Source: Pelomyxa schiedti (lineage: Eukaryota; Protista; Evosea). From it: a stretch of 64,000 nt of DNA. How positions within the stretch are numbered: position 1 is the stretch's first letter; each line of letters begins with the position of its first letter. Below the pieces are notes generated by a model, which was not told the origin of the DNA, did not search any database, and saw nothing but the letters and a program-made list of their open reading frames with translations. Below are positions 22,623 to 34,151 of this stretch, in pieces. The position numbers and the translations under genes were made by a program. Location of the stretch: the NCBI GenBank assembly GCA_020536535.1, contig JAHLWZ010000702.1, forward strand, positions 62,001 to 126,000, read 5' to 3'.

Positions 22623-25010
22623 ATGTGGGTGTTCGGCGTGGCACGGCATTATAACTGCATTGCCGTCATCGCACTTGTGGGACTCTCCGACCTTGCCACC
22701 TGTGGGTTGTGCGGGCGGTGGGCCACCAACTTGGTGTGCTCCTCTTCGTCGTTCGTGCGGGCCTCCTCAGTCTCAGGATCTGGGGTGTGGGTGGGTCCTC
22801 CGTCCAATCTGGTGGCGGAGACTGAGGAGCTGTGGTGGGTCGTGCCCATTGGGTACCCCTGCGCGGACCAGCCGGGTTGGTTTTGGCACGGTTTCACCGA
22901 TTTGGTATGCTCAATCCCAGTTGATTCTGTTCAGTGATAGCTTGATTGGCTACGTTGTTTACTGAATTGACTGTTGCAGAGAGGAATTATAGGAGAGACC
23001 CCGGGGTGCGTGGAATCTCTTGGCGCTACGAATTCGGGGGATTTCATCGAGATGTACCAACCAGTGACCGTATTTGTAGACCGAGATAGAAATGGTTATG
23101 AAGAAGCCTTCTTTTTGTCTCTGGGCGGACTTCATTTGTGTGTTTTCTGCATTCACTATAGCGCTGTTAGACCCTAACTGGCTTAAGTTCTCAAAACAAT
23201 AAAGGAAATTTTAGTGAGTCTGAAAGACTGTGTCAGTTCACCATTGATGTTTTCCTTTTTGGTAGTGTTGCACCCTCTGTATTTTTTTTTACTAAGGAGT
23301 GGTTAGAGTATACCCTAGATATTGATGAAGATGGGGTAGAGGATCTTCTTCTTTACAATGACTCTCTCTGGTGGTTGAGCCTTAGTAATACCACTTGCAA
23401 TCTGAATTTAATCTCTGATGACTTCAAAAGCCAGCATGCTTCACCTTGGTATTTTTCCTAGCAAGTGGCATTTCCATCTTACTAGCAACAGGGCGATGGG
23501 CACAGTAAAATCTCTACCTGGGATAGATAAGGCGCTGCCGACCATTATTTATGGTGATATTGAGGTACAAAAAAAAAAAAAAAAGGAAGTAACTCGATGA
23601 ACAACTTCTTCAGATTGCCAAATTATTTGTTACTCCTGATGGTGGACTAACTTGGAGCACATTGGGACTATCCCTTTCTAACCTATCGAGCGCCCAAGTA
23701 CATAGATTTTTAATACGACTGTGTACTAACGTGTGTTAGATAGTTGATGCGAATAAAGATGGGTTCAATGAAATAATAACCTGGCAAAACACTCAAAATA
23801 ACCCTTTTTGTGTTCATACATTTGAAAATGACACCTGGTATTCAGTATGTGACAGTGCAGAATCTCAGAAAATTATCGCGCCAATCTACCCTGATAGCAA
23901 GTTTTCCTTATTCCCCTCGCATCACATTAATATGGATGAATTGAATTGCAGTAATACTGAAACTTCTTACTGTTCTTACTGAAGTGTTTGCGATGTCGTG
24001 ACATTTGATTCCCTATCTGTGCCATTTCAGCTTTCTGCTGTATCCCTGAAATCGGCAAGATATTTACCTGTGATGAACTTGGATCTTGTGGTAGCAACCA
24101 CAGGAAAATTTGGATCCCTTTTTCAAGGTGAAACATTCTTATGACCAGAAAGCTTCTAATGGGCTTGCAGAAAATTTGTCAGATCAGGAAATCGTTGACT
24201 TTATTCTTGAAGTAATTGATCCAATTCTGAATGTAACATATATACTGTGGCTCCAAAATGGCAGATCAGTTTTTTGTGTAGAAAAACAAATTGTGACATA
24301 TACTTTATTTGGATTTGCACTTGGAATGTTACCTATACTGTACTAATTCTCGTGCAATCCGGTTATCTCTTCTAATATTGACTAGGATACTCATATCTGG
24401 CCGGTGTACCAAGTACGCAGATGCTTACTGCACATGTGGCTAATCTAAGGATTTTTAGAAACATCGATCTCCCTGCCTTTGATAACATGATTACCACGTT
24501 GTTGGCAGCACTGCTCATGATGTCATTGGTCTGTTTACCTGCTGGGGGCTCATCTTTCTGGTCCAAGTAATTCCCGTCCATCTTCCCGTTGTCTGTCTGT
24601 TATAAGATTTATTTATCCATACAAGTTGTAAAGGAGTTATTGTAATGTTCTCTGGAATTTGCTTGGAAATTACAGTGGTGATTCTTATATTCTTCCGGAC
24701 TTGGTACTTCTTCATTGCTACCTTCTTTGCAATTGGAGGATTTGTAATCACCACCGTGGCAATAAATAGTCTCTACAGCCAAATTCTAACCCAGATATTT
24801 GATGCCACATTGGTTGCAAGTGTGCCCCTCTGGGGAACTGCATTTGGAAGTGGAATTGGCATCGCTTGTGGTTTTATGATAACCAGTGCACTTGGTGTCA
24901 AAGACCAACACCTGTGTGCCAGACTTCGAAGATATATTAAAGCCAGGACAAGAAGGAAAAAGCACCAACATGTTGAACTTGAACGTCTAAATTCACCATC
25001 TCAAAGCTAA
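22623..25010 (+). CDS. secreted FG-GAP-like (DxDxDG) repeat ectodomain plus multi-pass C-terminal membrane domain
   Basis: N-terminal hydrophobic leader. Repeats VDRDRNGYEEAFF, LDIDEDGVEDLLL and VDANKDGFNEIIT. Several TM helices in 24290-24910 and a basic cytosolic tail ending at 25010. Confidence 0.55.
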
Positions 25011-25166
25011 TTTCTGCAAGTAAAAAAAAATATTATGCCAAAAATTAAGTCGTTTTTACTTTTACTCATACAAGTCCCTAAGTGTAAAATACAAGGCTTG
25101 CTTTAAGATAGCTAGAGCCGCAAAATTGGCAAGCCTGTGTCCAGGGAGAAAGCCAAGAGTGATTGA

Positions 25167-28100
25167 CTATAAGTGTTTTGGAGGCGGTGGTGGGGGTGAT
25201 GATGGTGGTTGTAAGGAGAGTGGGTGCAGCAAAGCCGGTGTATTGGTGCGAACGAGATTGGCTGGGGGCGAGGGTGGCGGCGGAGGGGGCGCCTGAAACG
25301 CGGGAATCGGCGGTGGGGTGATTATTGGGTGGTAGGTGTGTGTGGGAAGTGTGGAAGAGAAAAACATATCTGGGGACGGATCCGCGGCGCTGCTGGCTGA
25401 TTCCGCCGCTGCTGCGGCAGCGGAGCGCTGCTGGGAGAAGTGCACATTATGGGCGGCCCGGGATGGTGATGATGGGCTGTCTGTTTTCTTGTGGGCACTG
25501 AGCCATGATGACGTTGCCGCTGAGGGGCCACCTCGGGGTGATTTGTGCCCTTTGAGGTTGATGTGTACACCAAGGGACGGCGAGGAAAGTGAGTGGGAGT
25601 GCCGGTTGGCGTCGGATGAAGACGGTGACGTCGACGTGGACTGTGTTACCTTGTGATTCACCGAAGGAATGCGTGGTACTGACGGCGGTGCTGGGGTGTG
25701 GGGAACAGGGGGGCTGTTGGATGGTGATGCAGTGCTTGGGGGGTTTGGGAGTGGAAGAGGCTCTTCACTGGGAACAGTGGTATTATTGGTAACAGGTATG
25801 GTGCTGGGTGTTGTACTAGTTCCTACAGTTTCTTTCGGTGCGAGCTCTGACAATAGAAATCCGGACACTATTTGGTGTGTAGATTGGTGTTTAGCATTCA
25901 CCGATAATATTTGAAAGTTTACTGGCAGAGATTGCTTTGGCTCCATTTTTCAGAACTTCATCAGTCTTTAGTTCCATGATAAAAGCGAGACATGTTTGAA
26001 ATGTGACCAACATGTAACCCTAAAAAATGAAATGAGACTATGAGTAGTAGGTTTTTTCCTTTCTCACCCTTTCCCCAGTGAGTTCGTCATCTCGGAGGAA
26101 ATCCTCCATGTACTTACTCGCTGTGAATGGAATTAGTGTTTCGAAAACAATACCCCCTAACAGGTACCTGTGTATGGGTGATCGGGGTCACTGCGGATGG
26201 TAATGAAAGCAAAAAGTGGCAAAAAGTCATCAGCTGCACTGTTACAAGGGATGAGTTGCTGAAACGGGAAGTGTAGCATACAGTGTGAATTTCCCTGCCG
26301 AATATTTTTCTTGTCCCCAGTAGTTTCGAATACAATTTGCAATTTCGTGACCGACTTTTACAAGGCAATCCACCTTTTTAGTGGGAGAATCCTTCTTGGA
26401 AATCAAGTGGATAGCTGCATGTGGATGAGAACTTGGTTTATGTCCACAAAGAAAAACCTTCAATGGCACTGGCATAAGAGACATCCGCATTCTTGAAGAC
26501 TCTTAAGTTGGTATTTGAGGTAAAATTGCATACCTTTTCCCCCTTGCCTGGGTCAAATAGGCAAAAGTTTGGCGCGATACCTAAGTGTGCGGGTGTTGTC
26601 TCAGGCAATTCTCTGATTTTGGTGCTGTGGTTGAGATCTTCGTCAACGTACTGTCCAGAGTCACACAGAAAAGTATATGGCAATGAATAACCTGTCTGCA
26701 ATACTTGGGCCATAGTGTAGAGTGAAGCTGTTCCATTGTATATTCATAAATAGAATCATCCAACCAGATACCAGCAGATCTTAAGTCTTTGTATGCTTCC
26801 AAAAAATTTTCAACTGTCTTTTCTGATAGATTACAGTTAGGGCATTTAAACTGGTAAGAAAATTTTACCAGTGCAATTAGAGACACAATCTAACACTGCT
26901 GGTGCGGCTCCAACTGAACCCAGCTTCGGGATGGAAAGGATTTTTTTCTTGCACTCTTCCAAATTGGTCATTATAGGTTGATGCAGCGGATGGTTTTCTT
27001 GTCTACAAAGCTCAGGGAAAAAAAAGGAAACTAACGGAAGTACCGGGCAATCTCAGTCAAAATAGGTAAAAAGTCCACAGTTGCGTCACTTGCAAGTTTT
27101 TTGACGGACTTCAACCAAGTAGAGTCAAAGGCTTTAACCTGGGCACAGTTACTAAAGGGAGAGATAAGGTCTCATACTTCTTTTTTTGACATCTTTGTTT
27201 TTCCTTCAGTCGTGGTAGACTTGGGAGTAGACTTTACCGGAGCTGGTGCTATTGGAGTATTACTTGGCAGTACAGCTTTGGGTGCTGGTTGCTTTTTTGG
27301 ACTGGCCTGAGGTGTTTCTATCCGCGTTGGGGTAGTTGCAACATCCTGCATATTTCGGATTTGGGTCAACTGAGCATACTGAGAGAGTTTCTCTTGGAAA
27401 ATAGTTCTGTTTTTAGGACTGTTACTCGTTCAATTAGTCAAGAAGACAGAAACACACGTAGAATTCCTGGTAGACATAGTTGGACTAAGGATTGTATTGG
27501 TCTGTGTGCACATTATTTCTTGTACATAAATGAAATTTAGTACATACAGCTGGTAATGTTGGCTTCAAGTGAAGAGGCTGATAATAAGTAAGATAAAATG
27601 TCTAAGAGAATACACATACATATAAAACACCTGGGCTGGGAGGAGAATTGGGCATAGGTTGAGGCACCATAGGGACCAATCTTATGGTTACGTTTAGTCC
27701 AACCAGTTGTGTTGGGGGAAACCAAAAACCTTATAGAGAGAAGGGGAGACCCATTTGCTGTTCTTCGGTAATTCATTGTGGGTCTGCCATAGGCAGAGGA
27801 TACAGATGGAGGTGGGCCAACCGAAGAGAGAAATGCTGAGTTTGGAGGCCCAAAAGAGTTGGAAGATGGGGGGGACTGTGGCCCCAATGGTGAAGATGAG
27901 CTGTTGTAGTTACTGTAATTGCTAAAAGCGCCACTATCCACGCCATAGCTATTGTTTTGAAGCATCATCATTTGCTGCTGCAATAACATAGCTTGCTGTT
28001 GTTGCTGTTGCTGCTGCAACAGAAAAAGGGCCTGGACTTGGGCCTGGGCCTGAGCAACTGCTGTCGCAGCGGCCTCTGGTGAGCCTGGCATTATGTTTTG

Positions 28101-29018
28101 ACGCTGCTGGTGCTGTTGAAGCATCATTTGCTGGTGCATGAGTATCTGCCTCTGTTGTTGTTGCCCCACCAAGAACTGTTGCTGTTGCTGTTGTTGTTGC
28201 TGCTGCTGTGGCAGCACGCCGGTATCCGGTTTCTTTGGGCTAAGTACAGCCCCGCACACCCCCTGCGTTCCACACGCACCCTGTTGGCAATTTTGCTGTG
28301 GTTGCGCCGCAGAACATCGATTATGGGTGTCCCCTGGAAGCTCTTGTTGAGACTGTTGATGATGTTGGTTCTGTTTCGTTCTTTGGGTTTGGTTCTGAGT
28401 CTGAGTCTGGGCATGGGTCTGGTTCCGTGGCTGCTGATTGTTGTTATGTTGTGTTACTGCTGGAGCCGCGCATGTACCCGTACAAGCAACAGCAGGAGTT
28501 GCTGAAGCCGATGTGCGAGTTTGTTGAGCTGGGGATTGAGCTGCCTGAGTTTTGGAATGAGGTTGTGGCTGAGTTTGAGGTTTGGGTTGAGGTTGGGCAC
28601 TTGTCCCATGAGCTACAGCTTTGCCCTGTTCCACATTGATTGGTTTCGTTGTGGTTGAGGTTTTAGACGGCGACGGGGACGACGCGGCCGTGCCTGTTTT
28701 GGCCGCGGTTCCCGTGGCCGATTTTGTTGGTGATCCAACAGGCCCACCACCCGTAGTAGATGGCGACGAAGTGCGCGATGTAGATGGCTGTTGTTGCAAC
28801 TTGGGGAGGCTGGGTTGGCGGGTTGGCGTGGTAGGGGGTGCTGGTGTGCGATTATGGGAGGTTGGGGTTGGGGTTCTCGGCGGTGCTGGCGTGGGGGACG
28901 ACGTGGCCACGGTTTTGAGGGGCGACAAGGGAATTGTGGGTGCGTTGGGGTTATTGGCGGGGGAGGGCGACGAAGGCGTGGTGGTTGGTGACGTCGGGTG
29001 GCGCGGTTGAGGCTGCAT
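25167..29018 (-). CDS. VPS9-domain (Rab5-family GEF) protein with Gln/Pro/Thr-rich N-terminus and Pro-rich C-terminus
   Basis: Exons LISKKDSPTKKVDCLVKVGHEI, ADDFLPLFAFITIRS and YMEDFLRDDELTGE match the VPS9 signature. Joining to the low-complexity ORFs 27537..29018 and 25167..25946 through GT-AG introns is inferred. Confidence 0.7.
27990..28210 (-). repeat. imperfect CAG/CAA repeats encoding polyglutamine tracts
   Basis: (CTG/TTG)n runs on the plus strand correspond to QQQQQQQQQ tracts in ORF 27537..29018. Confidence 0.85.
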
Positions 29019-29295
29019 CTTTTCACAATTTGATTTTCTTTCTTATTTGGATCAATTTGATTGGTTTCTTTTGCTGCTTTTTTGCTTTTCAACGCGCATT
29101 GTCCGATACGGCAAGATGCTCAAACGAGCGAAAGGTCATTCACAAAAAAGTCAAAAGAATAAACAACAGTTTGTGATGTTTGGTTGTGTACAGAATGCTC
29201 AACTACTATGTCTGCATTCAGACTGGTCTTGGTTTTGGTTCCCTAGGATTCAGATAAGAATAAGAAGTCCAACAATAACCCTTGCTTGAAAGGGG

Positions 29296-29994
29296 TCAAT
29301 GCATTGAGGCCATAGACACTGGGAATATCTTGTGTTCAAAGGGGTGCTTGGAGCGGTTACGAGAACAATTTGAGCAGGTGAAGGAGTTGCACGCTAAACA
29401 CCAACCTGCTTGGTAAACATGTTGTGAGTTGTAAGATTGGGAATTGAAGTGTATGTAATAAGAGAACTACAATATGTCGTGTGCGTCTTTCTAACGCTTA
29501 TAGGTGTAATCATTATAGGAAAAAACTGCGTTTGAGGGGGGATGAAACACACCAGTGGAAATGGCTGAGCAGTCCTGGCATGGAGGGATCATTATGGGAG
29601 TTATTTGGCCTGTTGTTTGTTCTGGAGGAGGCGCAGTCTTTTTCCGCCTTGTGTAACGCCTCACCTCCAATGATACTTGAGTGCCCAGGTAATTTGACCA
29701 TTGGACATCGAACTGACCACCACGGTTGTCGATCTTACTGTTTTTGGACAGATTCCACAGTTCAAAAGTCTCTGTTAAATTGAAGTGCTGCATCAACTCC
29801 TATGCAACAATTAGTGTAGAGAAACTCCGTGATAGAGTACTGCTTGACGAGTCCCTTCGTTGGTTTTTTTTTTTTTTATGAGGACTAAAACACACGGCAA
29901 CGGTTATTGTAATGGGCACAGTCTTGACTACGAAGTACTCCTCGCTAGGCTCGCCTTTCAATCGCACTTCGACAAAAACGTCCGTGTCGCCCAT
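29296..29994 (-). CDS. small protein with a C-terminal B-box-like zinc finger
   Basis: Exons MGDTDVFVEVRLK..., ELMQHFNLTETFELW..., PPCQDCSAI... and GWCLACNSFTCSNCSRNRSKHPFEHKIFPV...* (CxxC...CxxC..CxxC...HxxxH). Confidence 0.55.
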
Positions 29995-30073
29995 CACGAA
30001 TGGCGCCACCAACTTGCGGTAAAATTTAGATTAGTGAAACGGGCTATCCGATAGAAAAGGCATTAGGGGATGG

Positions 30074-32209
30074 CTAGAGCCTGGTGCAACGGCAGAAGAT
30101 ATAGGGAATGTCACATAGTCTGACAGCGGTGGTGCTTGGTTGTGGCTTGGGGGTGACAAAGGCTTTGGGGCATTCGAGAGTCTCTAGGGTGTTGAATCCT
30201 GCGTTGGTGAGGTGGTGTATAATTTGTTCCCGGGATAAGCCGGTGATGCTCTGGTGTTCTGTGGGGTTTTCTTGGAAGGTTTCCTCGTGCCATTGGAACG
30301 ATACCCAGAGCTCCGCGCGCGGTCTGAGGGCCCGGTGGCATACGCGGAGCACTGAGGCGACGTCGAGAAGCTCGATGGAGCCCGAGCAAACCACGACATC
30401 CACAGTGGAATCCGGAACGCAGAGAGTTGTCTGTGAATCGGCGATGTAGAGCTCATCATAGCAGCAGCGGAGCGCGGCCTTATTCAGCATTCCTTTGGAT
30501 ATATCGCTTCCAACAAGACGGCCTGTGAATCCCATCAGCCTGAGAGTTTGGCCAGGGAGGCCTACTCCACAGCAAAGATCCAGAACTGTAAGGGATCGAG
30601 AGCCATCAGACAGTTGGCTGTTGGTGTGCGATAGGGGGCGTTGTGCCATGTTGCACAGCCACGACCAAACTGGAGAGTAGCCACAAGATACAACGAACTC
30701 CTCCCAATGTGCAGAGAGGCGATCGAACTTGGCAGCCATTAGTTGCGGTGTATTAAGGTCCTTGATACTGAAGCCCTTCCCTGAGGCACTGCATAAAGCG
30801 TGCAGTAGCTCCTTCTTCTTTTTAAAGACAGTTCGATGAGCCTTACGGACACTTTTTAGGCAGGCCAGGGTAACGGCATCCTTATTGGCGGCACTTATTG
30901 CATCAATCTGATACGGTACCGAGTCAATGAGTGCCCGCAGCATGCAATCACAAAGATGTGGCTCAACTCCAGAGCGCATGGTGGCGCAACGTAATTCATC
31001 CATCATATCTTGTAGCTCCCATTGCCTTGCCCACAACTCATCTGTGTAAGTAGTTTGTGGGATGAAGGGCACAAGCAGGGATTTGAGGGATAGGGAATCT
31101 AGTACAAGTACATCAAGCTTGGAAAATCCCAGACCCTCATACACACAGCGCCCCGCATCGGAGGCGTAGATTAGGCTTATTTCTTGAAGACTCAGCTCTT
31201 CAAAGTAACGGAAAATATTTTTCATGAGATGGGTGGCGATTCCTCGGCGTCTGAACTTTGGTTGCACATACACAGCCCAGACAGCACCAGTGCGTGGGCA
31301 GAGCGACGAGGGTGCAGTTCCAGCATGAACTTGGCAACTTACACTCCCAACTGGAAGACCGGTTTGCATATCAATTGCAGCAAAGGTCTGGTAATGCAGG
31401 GAGGCTCTGGCTTCAGTAATGAAATTCATTGTCATATTTTCATGCTCTGGCTTAATTAGGGAGGAATTAACACCAGCTTCTTCCCACATTTTCAGCCAAT
31501 TTTCGTGAACTAGCCCATCGCCCTCTTCTCCAAGAGGCTTAAAGCTAATTCCTGTGTTAAATTTAATAAAGTATAAAACACATAATACTAGGTAAAAACA
31601 AAAACAAACAAACAACAAGAAGTATGCTAAATTGTTACCTGAAATCTCTTTATCAGGAACTTCATTCGTGGATGGAAGAATCTTCACCAGGGCATTGCCG
31701 TGGCTAAATCCCATAATTCGCATCAGGATTTCCCTATGCCTCGCACTAGGCACCCTGGCAACGACCTTATTGACACCCAAGTCCCTCAAATGACCAACGG
31801 CCCTCGCCACCAACATCTTCACGATCTCTTCCTCAATCTCAGGCTCCAATCCACCCACGGTCCTCAGTCCCCAAAAAGTGCCAATACACAAAGCCTGAGG
31901 CTCAGGTACCAGCGGCAACGGCCCCTGCCACAAATGGCAGCACACTGCTCCCACAATTGCTCCCGCACCGACCTCCGAAGTTGATGCCGTAGCCAGCGTC
32001 GAGGACGCCAAGCACTTATGGGCCACGAACGTTGCCGTTTTCAGCCCCAGGTCCCTCGAGCGAGCCAAAAAGTCAATAACGTCGTTGGCCGAAGACGGCG
32101 GGCACCGTGGGTGACACAGATGCCGCGCCAACTTGATGTCCCACTCAGCACCAACCTGTTCCACCCTCACTCGATTCGAACACGCAACGAACGGCACGTG
32201 GCTGGTCAT
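30074..32209 (-). CDS. tandem GNAT acetyltransferase domains fused to a class I SAM-dependent methyltransferase
   Basis: Second GNAT has motif A: VWAVYVQPKFRRRGIATHLM...GRCVYEGLGF. First GNAT is degenerate (VGAVCCHLW...ILMRIMGF). MTase motif I VLDLCCGVGLPG, then GSDISKGML and VDVVVCSG. The ORF reads through an 87-nt intron at 31552-31638. Confidence 0.85.
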   Translation of the reverse strand: MTSHVPFVACSNRVRVEQVGAEWDIKLARHLCHPRCPPSSANDVIDFLARSRDLGLKTATFVAHKCLASSTLATASTSEVGAGAIVGAVCCHLWQGPLPLVPEPQALCIGTFWGLRTVGGLEPEIEEEIVKMLVARAVGHLRDLGVNKVVARVPSARHREILMRIMGFSHGNALVKILPSTNEVPDKEISGNNLAYFLLFVCFCFYLVLCVLYFIKFNTGISFKPLGEEGDGLVHENWLKMWEEAGVNSSLIKPEHENMTMNFITEARASLHYQTFAAIDMQTGLPVGSVSCQVHAGTAPSSLCPRTGAVWAVYVQPKFRRRGIATHLMKNIFRYFEELSLQEISLIYASDAGRCVYEGLGFSKLDVLVLDSLSLKSLLVPFIPQTTYTDELWARQWELQDMMDELRCATMRSGVEPHLCDCMLRALIDSVPYQIDAISAANKDAVTLACLKSVRKAHRTVFKKKKELLHALCSASGKGFSIKDLNTPQLMAAKFDRLSAHWEEFVVSCGYSPVWSWLCNMAQRPLSHTNSQLSDGSRSLTVLDLCCGVGLPGQTLRLMGFTGRLVGSDISKGMLNKAALRCCYDELYIADSQTTLCVPDSTVDVVVCSGSIELLDVASVLRVCHRALRPRAELWVSFQWHEETFQENPTEHQSITGLSREQIIHHLTNAGFNTLETLECPKAFVTPKPQPSTTAVRLCDIPYIFCRCTRL

Positions 32210-32334
32210 CGTTGGTCTTCTTGGTTTACGAGAAAAAATCGTGAAAGAGAATTCTCGAGGATCAGGAATAGAACTTGGGTCTGTGGTGTTTTTTGTTTAT
32301 TGTCCCACTCATAACAATGAAATGGTGGTACTGC

Positions 32335-33993
32335 TTAGGAATTGTTTTCAAGAGCTCTTGCTCTGGACTCAATTCCACCTGGGATTCCTTTTAGACCAGC
32401 ATTTTTGCCTACTTGCCACAGTACGTGGATCCAGTCACCTACACCAACGTGGGCTTCGTCTGTTATCTTTGATACTTTGACAAAGCCATTTCCACTAAAG
32501 CTATATTGTGTTCAGTTGCACTGAAAGTTATTTCTTAGGGTATCTCACCTTATCCAGCCGTCACTTCCATCTGTGGCATACCACCCACCAGGGTTGGTGC
32601 TCATAAAGTCCGTAGCACCATAGGTTATCTGGAAAAAAGAGGTTTTGTAAAGGGCGATTCTGGATATTATTACCTTATAGGGTTCATTCTCCGTTGACGC
32701 ATCACCAGAGGGATCATAGCGGGTCTTGTGGAAGCATATGTGGAATTTTGTTCCATACCGAATAGACATCTTGGCTAGGTCTTGGGGCCGAAGGTTAGTT
32801 TTAATGTCCCCGTATGTACTGGTCTCAGTTATTTGACACCATGCCCCTCTATCATCAAACTTTTGAAAAATTAACAAGAGAACGAGAGTGTAGAGGACCT
32901 ACGGTAGCTTTTTGTGGTCTTTCAGGTGGAGGGATGGTGACATCTTTCAGTTGATCAAAGTGATAATCTCGGGGTTTCCCAAGTGCAATGTACCGTTCCA
33001 GCTCACGGAATACAGTTTCTCTTTCTGCTGGATTGCAGTTGCAATGGCCATTGCGCCTCACAAACCACATTGCAACAGGTGGGTGAGCAGGGTTGGCGGC
33101 CTCCACCTTTTCACACCACCGGATTTGAAGGGTTGTCTCATCACTGGTCGTGAGGTGAATAACAGGTATCTTCGCCTCATAGTCCATTTTGAATCCCTTT
33201 TCCTTGGCCAAAAGGGCAGCACCACAGGTCATAATGGCATCGAAAGGTGGAGCCCCAGGATACCATCCAGCTCCTCCCGCAATATGTGACGAAATGCATC
33301 CTCCCATAGACTCGCCTTTTGAACCATGTTAACACACCCACAGCAACAAATATCTCACTTCACATTTTTGATTCAAATTGAAAATGAGGAATTCCACCAA
33401 CCTTCCAGAATAGTAACAGGAGGAACCGAGCCCTTCTCCCTCAGTGCCACTTCATGCACCTTTTGCCTCAGCAGAATCACATCCTCCACCGCGTCCCTCA
33501 CAATAATTCCGTCCCTCCGATACGACGTCATAGCCACAGCCCAGCCCTCCCTCATCAGCTTGTCATAAAGTCCGTCCGGCAGGCCCCCCGCCTCCTCCTC
33601 CCCGCACCCCCCGGGCTTCTGCCTGAAGCACGAGGCCGGCAGGTCCAGGGCGTCCCCGAGTCCCGTGGGCTTGCACCCGTGGGCCCAGAGGATGGCCCCT
33701 CGGAGGGGAGCCGTGGGCAGGGCCACCGAGTAGCGAGACCCCTGCAGGGTGTTCTCCTCGACGTAGGAGACGTAGCCGAGGAGGGGCGGTGGTGGGGTGG
33801 CCGTGGCCGTGGCCGTGGCCGTGGCCGTGGCCGTGGCCGTGGCCGTGGCCTCTGCGGGGCTGTGGGGCGAGGCACTGGCGGGTGTGGTGGATGAGGCAGT
33901 GGAGGGGTTCATTATGGACTGATACTGGTGCTGTAGTTCACATGACTCGAAGAGTTTGCTACGTGGTGGAGCTGGTTGTTGTTGGTCCTGCAT
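32335..33993 (-). CDS. alpha/beta-hydrolase-fold protein with unassigned C-terminal domain (multi-exon)
   Basis: AILWAHG, EGWAVAMTSYRRDG and a spliced nucleophile elbow ILEG-ESMGG. Further exons end ...SRARALENNS* at 32335. Confidence 0.7.
33797..33850 (+). repeat. perfect hexanucleotide microsatellite (GTGGCC)9 encoding (Ala-Thr)9
   Basis: Directly visible; lies in the first exon of the minus-strand hydrolase gene. Confidence 0.95.
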
Positions 33994-34151
33994 TTCTCTT
34001 GGTTTTTTCGTTTGGTGTTTGTGTTGCCTTTGTGGCGTTTTGTGTGACGGGGGGATCACTTCACCTAACGCGATTCCAGGGCTTCATCAAAATAATGTCG
34101 AAAAAAGTTTTTTTTGGGAAAAATAACAGATGCGGTTATATGTTGGGTACA

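Noticed and set aside
28138-28350. poly-Cys ORF resembling a metallothionein
   Set aside because: It is the antisense reading of the polyglutamine CAG/CAA tract.
33797-33850. short direct repeats as a possible CRISPR array
   Set aside because: Contiguous 6-bp microsatellite without spacers, no cas genes, eukaryotic context.
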